Source of the DNA: a virus | UHGV virus genome: UHGV-0105381 | DNA length: 24,558 bases | Reading direction: 5' to 3' (one strand) | Made by a program: the position numbers and the translations under genes | The notes under the pieces: generated by a model | Told to the model about the DNA's origin: nothing | Database searches by the model: none | What the model saw: only the letters and a program-made list of their open reading frames with translations | Shown here: in pieces, positions 20,713 to 24,558 of the stretch | Layout of the letters: every line of letters begins with the position of its first letter | How positions within the stretch are numbered: the stretch's first letter is position 1

Positions 20713-23358
20713 ATGACAGACATTACAGCCAATGTTGTAGTGAGTATGCCTTCGCAACTCTTCACTATGGCTCGTTCTTTTAAAGCCGTAGCCAATGGCA
20801 AAATTTATATCGGTAAAATTGACACTGACCCGGTAAATCCTGAAAACCAGATTCAGGTCTATGTTGAGAACGAAGATGGTTCTCACGTTCCTGTTGCACA
20901 GCCAATCGTCATCAATGCCGCAGGGTATCCAGTATATAACGGACAGATTGCCAAATTCGTTACCGTGCAAGGCCATTCTATGGCTGTTTATGATGCGTAT
21001 GGTGCACAGCAGTTCTATTTTCCTAATGTGCTGAAGTATGACCCGGATCAGTTTAAACAAAAAGTATTATCAAATGATATGCTAAATATGTCTCCTCTTT
21101 ATTTTGGAGCTAAGGGGGATGGGATTAGCGATGATACTGAAGCATTTGTCGCGTTGGAAATGGATATAAAAAATAGGGTTATTGATTTAAGTGGAAGAGC
21201 ATTTTTTGTTACTAAAAGTTTTATTGGAAATAGCTATATAAATGGTTCTTTTATTCGTGATGGCAGTAAACGAATTGCGATTGGTGATCTTAAATTAAGA
21301 GATAAAAGAGAGCCATTGATATTTTCCGGAATGCCAAAAGTATATAACACCAGACACACGTTGCGCAGAACTGAAGGTGCGGGTGGTTTATATGCGGTCA
21401 TTCAGGGGTGTTGTTATGATGAAATTAACGACAAGATTTTTACTTTATCATCTACCACAGCATACGGTTATTGCATTAATGCCTTTGACGTGACGAATTC
21501 TGGTGAACTAGGAAGATACGACAGAACCCGTTCTACTGAACTTGGGCATCAGGGGCTTGGATTGCATCATAATCCTGATGGTACTGTCGTGCTGTGGACA
21601 TCGAAGCCTTATGGAACCGATGCCGCCAATCAATGTATTTCGATGGAAAATATATTGAGTTACACAGGGACAACCAACGGAGTATCTGAAGGTTTTATCA
21701 CCTGGAAGTTGTTCCCCTATGATGGAATGAGCGCAAGCTCTACTCCAACTGTATCAAGTTGTGAAAACTATCTACTTGCCAAGAAAATTTCATCGGATGG
21801 AATTACCTGCACGGTTCGTGTTTTCGACATAGTCAGCATGTGGAATAACAGAGCTCATAAAACTGATTATAGTGATGATTATTTAGTTGAGTTTAGCTAT
21901 CAAAAACCATCACAAGAAGCATTTACCCAATCAATTGCTTGCGATGGGGCATACATTTACATACTTGAGTCACATACGTATGTTGGCATGACTAATTATA
22001 TTTACGTATTTGACTTAACAGGCAGGTTTATTGAGCGAGTAGATATTTCAACTGTTGGTGATGATGAAGCAAAATCTGACAGTACAGGAACTCCTGTTTA
22101 TAAAGAGCCTGAGTCCCTAACAGTAATTAGAACGGAGAGTGGGTATGTTTTAACGCTGGGGATATGCACATATAAAGGAGTTGCTGAGAACGGGAAAAAT
22201 GTATATCTGTTTGATATAGGCAGGTCTGGTTCGGTAGTGCAAAGCAAAGCAAGCCGTTCTGTATCCAGTAATACTGGTCTTCATAGTTCTGGCTCCCCGG
22301 AGTTCAAATATGGAGTAAGGGAGTACAATGATACTTTTCACTGGATAGTTTGGCCAACAAGAAAGGGTATTCAAACTAACCGGGATAACCCTATATTGTT
22401 TCTTGATGGCGGAATTACTGGTGGAATGCAGTTAGCTTCAAACGGCACGGAAGGGATGAGCAACTCATGGGTTTCCCGGCATCAGTCAGACACCGCAGAA
22501 GGACCAAGAGCAATAATGTATAAGTCTCGCTCTGGTGTTGTATCAACTGATAATTTTGGAGCTCTGCAGACAGGGGATGTATTGGGTACTCATGTATGGG
22601 CCGGTGATACAGGTAGTAAGGCTGTGCAATGCGCACACATTAAATGCGTCACAAGAGGTAATCCTTCCGGAGACAATATCCCGGTTGCTTTCTACTTTGG
22701 AACCATGGGAGAGAGTGACGGCTTGCGTGACAGATGGGTATTAACAGAATTAGGTCATTTTCGACCATCAGGTTCAAATCTTTATGATATTGGTACACAG
22801 TCGAATACTGTCAGAAACCTGTATATAAATAATAGCCCCATTGTAACCAGCGACAGAAATTATAAGCAGGATGAAGCTTCATTATCTGATGCAGAACTAC
22901 GGGTTGGAATGGCTATTTACCCGCTGATAAAAAAATTCAGAATGAAGGATGCTGTAAAAGAAAAAGGCTTGTCAGCGCGTGAGCATATCGGTGTAATTGC
23001 GCAAGATATACAATCCATCTTTGAATCTGAGGGGCTTGATGCATTTTCTTATGGGGTTCTTTGCTATGAAGAGTGGGATGATGAGTATGAGAAAGTCTAT
23101 GCAACAAGAAATGTGACCAGAAAAATTTTAATTGATGAAGAGTCTGGTCAGTATGATGAAATCACAGAGGAAGAAGAGTATGAAACTGGTGAAGTAAGGT
23201 TAATTATGGAATCAGGAAGAAAATTATCAGTGCGCTATGACGAGTTAATGTTTCTGGCAATGAGCGCACTATATCATCACCATGAGCAGGATATTGCCAA
23301 TATCACATCAAAGATTAATAATCTGGAAAAATTATTAAAGTTAACACTAAATGGTTGA
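20713..23358 (+). CDS. Mosaic tailspike: P22-type N-terminal head-binding domain, pectate-lyase-like beta-helix receptor-binding domain, C-terminal intramolecular chaperone (peptidase S74-like) domain
   Basis: 881-aa ORF; aa 1-114 ([11 protein letters not shown]...[33 protein letters not shown]...[12 protein letters not shown]...NVLKYDPDQ) match recalled P22 gp9; [14 protein letters not shown] follows; C-terminus has an SDAELR...GVIAQDIQ autoproteolytic chaperone-like region. Nucleotide composition turns AT-rich after about nt 21050. Confidence 0.9.
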   Translation: MTDITANVVVSMPSQLFTMARSFKAVANGKIYIGKIDTDPVNPENQIQVYVENEDGSHVPVAQPIVINAAGYPVYNGQIAKFVTVQGHSMAVYDAYGAQQFYFPNVLKYDPDQFKQKVLSNDMLNMSPLYFGAKGDGISDDTEAFVALEMDIKNRVIDLSGRAFFVTKSFIGNSYINGSFIRDGSKRIAIGDLKLRDKREPLIFSGMPKVYNTRHTLRRTEGAGGLYAVIQGCCYDEINDKIFTLSSTTAYGYCINAFDVTNSGELGRYDRTRSTELGHQGLGLHHNPDGTVVLWTSKPYGTDAANQCISMENILSYTGTTNGVSEGFITWKLFPYDGMSASSTPTVSSCENYLLAKKISSDGITCTVRVFDIVSMWNNRAHKTDYSDDYLVEFSYQKPSQEAFTQSIACDGAYIYILESHTYVGMTNYIYVFDLTGRFIERVDISTVGDDEAKSDSTGTPVYKEPESLTVIRTESGYVLTLGICTYKGVAENGKNVYLFDIGRSGSVVQSKASRSVSSNTGLHSSGSPEFKYGVREYNDTFHWIVWPTRKGIQTNRDNPILFLDGGITGGMQLASNGTEGMSNSWVSRHQSDTAEGPRAIMYKSRSGVVSTDNFGALQTGDVLGTHVWAGDTGSKAVQCAHIKCVTRGNPSGDNIPVAFYFGTMGESDGLRDRWVLTELGHFRPSGSNLYDIGTQSNTVRNLYINNSPIVTSDRNYKQDEASLSDAELRVGMAIYPLIKKFRMKDAVKEKGLSAREHIGVIAQDIQSIFESEGLDAFSYGVLCYEEWDDEYEKVYATRNVTRKILIDEESGQYDEITEEEEYETGEVRLIMESGRKLSVRYDELMFLAMSALYHHHEQDIANITSKINNLEKLLKLTLNG

Positions 23359-23379
23359 TATGTGGTACTTTTAATGTAT

Positions 23380-23406
23380 GCCCAGCTACATGCTGGGCAA
23401 TGTTTT
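23380..23406. terminator. Hairpin GCCCAGC-tacat-GCTGGGC followed by AATGTTTT, between the convergent tailspike and glycosyltransferase genes
   Basis: 7-bp perfect stem read from sequence, 22 nt after the tailspike stop; T-rich downstream on the plus strand. Confidence 0.7.
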
Positions 23407-24520
23407 AAATTTCAGCTATAAAACCTTCATAATTATTTTGTAAAAAAGGTTTGATGAACTTACGCTGAGGGGTATAAATCATATCCTGATTTACTAAATC
23501 TGAGCGGATATTGAAAGTGGTTGAGAGCATGTTAAAGAACATCCTTTTCTTTTGCTCGTTGCCACCTGCTTTACCACATACCTTTTCCATCATTTCAAGG
23601 CATATCACCAGCCACGCATTGTAAAGCTTGGCCTTTTCTTCGTTAGTTTTTCCGCAAAAGTAAATCGTGTTAATAACCGAGTTAAGAATGAAGTGTCTAT
23701 CTTCAAGAGGAAATTTTTGCCTTGATAAATGACCATTACCATGGAATGTTAAATGATAATAATCTTTGTCAGCAAGAATAGATATATTGTTTGCTACAGA
23801 TAGAGATTGAACCATAAATATTTTATCTTCAGCTACGGTGATAGCTGGGTTGAAGAGAATGTTATGCTCTTTAAGCATATTTCTTCGGAAGAATTTGAAA
23901 ATAGTTAACGACCGCAAGAGGTGATGCTTGGTTATATCTGCCTTATCTACAATTTTCACCTTGTATGGACGGATAGGCACCTCGCGATTACCATCTGATG
24001 CAATTTTGAAGTAAACAATATCACTATTATTTTTATCAGCAATATGAACCCCTCTCTCAAGAAGAGTTTCGTCAATATAGTCATCGGAATCCATGAAGAA
24101 AATATAACGCCCTTTTGCTGCTTTTATCCCCTCATTTCGCGGGGTTGAAGCGTTACCTGAACCAATTTCTCGGCGAATAATTCTGTAGTTAATATCCGGT
24201 GCTATATTATATTCTATAGCAGCAATGCTTTTGTCACTTGAACAATCATCGACAAAAATAACCTCAAAGCGATCCTTATTAATTGTTTGGTTATTAAGTG
24301 AGTTAATGCATTTAAGAATAAGTTTTTCACGATTATGAACAGGGATAACAACTGACACATCTAATGGGCAAAAATGGTTAATCTCATTAACTACAGTCGT
24401 TATTTTAGTAAAAGCCGCCAACAAAGCTGTTGTTAAATCAGTAGAAGATAAAAGGCTTTCTTTTTTAGTATTAGCTTTTATGTTAAAATAGAACCAATTA
24501 TTACGAGGTACAAAATCCAC
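23405..24520 (-). CDS. Family-2 glycosyltransferase (GT-A fold); 5' end unresolved, reading frame stays open upstream to the window edge
   Basis: VSVVIPVHNREK nucleotide-sugar binding motif and FFMDSDDYID (DxD) motif; AT-rich; minimal ORF starts at GTG 24520 without an RBS, and the frame continues through the tetranucleotide tract with no stop. Confidence 0.85.
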   Translation of the reverse strand: MDFVPRNNWFYFNIKANTKKESLLSSTDLTTALLAAFTKITTVVNEINHFCPLDVSVVIPVHNREKLILKCINSLNNQTINKDRFEVIFVDDCSSDKSIAAIEYNIAPDINYRIIRREIGSGNASTPRNEGIKAAKGRYIFFMDSDDYIDETLLERGVHIADKNNSDIVYFKIASDGNREVPIRPYKVKIVDKADITKHHLLRSLTIFKFFRRNMLKEHNILFNPAITVAEDKIFMVQSLSVANNISILADKDYYHLTFHGNGHLSRQKFPLEDRHFILNSVINTIYFCGKTNEEKAKLYNAWLVICLEMMEKVCGKAGGNEQKKRMFFNMLSTTFNIRSDLVNQDMIYTPQRKFIKPFLQNNYEGFIAEI

Positions 24521-24536
24521 GCTTACAAATGGCTGT

Positions 24537-24558
24537 CTGGCTGGCTGGCTGGCTGGCT
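24537..24558. repeat. Tetranucleotide tandem repeat (CTGG)n, at least 5.5 units, truncated by the window end
   Basis: CTGGCTGGCTGGCTGGCTGGCT read directly; on the glycosyltransferase coding strand it is (CCAG)n/(AGCC)n and in frame encodes (QPAS)n. Confidence 0.9.

Noticed and set aside
23359-23404. Attachment-site (attR) direct repeat matching the left end
   Set aside because: No copy of the left-end sequence (1-49) was found by eye near the tailspike/glycosyltransferase junction; the element boundaries probably lie outside the window.

Overview
The window reads as a defective or hybrid prophage, with three parts. (1) Left arm, 1-3973: a P4-type tyrosine integrase, an int-coupled acidic protein of unknown function, an AlpA-family regulator, small HTH and unknown ORFs, and a rolling-circle (HUH) Rep gene whose 3' end is cut by an insertion sequence. 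(2) 3974-5222: an IS3-family, IS911-like element with OrfA, OrfB, an A6G frameshift site and imperfect terminal inverted repeats, but no matching flanking target-site duplication. (3) Right arm, 5223-24558: an apparently intact P22/Sf6-like (Lederbergvirus-type) virion module with no lysis or early genes in between. It runs small and large terminase, portal, scaffold, coat, gp4/gp10/gp26 tail-completion and needle proteins, three ejection proteins, two divergent lipoprotein genes where sieA normally sits, an Mnt repressor with its palindromic operator (no arc or ant), and a mosaic tailspike. The tailspike is convergent with an AT-rich GT2 glycosyltransferase whose 5' region runs into a (CTGG)n tetranucleotide tract at the window edge. 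The most interesting candidates are the AT-rich tailspike/glycosyltransferase pair with a possible phase-variation repeat, the Mnt operator sitting directly in front of the tailspike, the lipoprotein pair, and the IS-associated loss of the early region. All homology calls are from recalled protein families and motifs read in the ORF translations; no database search was run.
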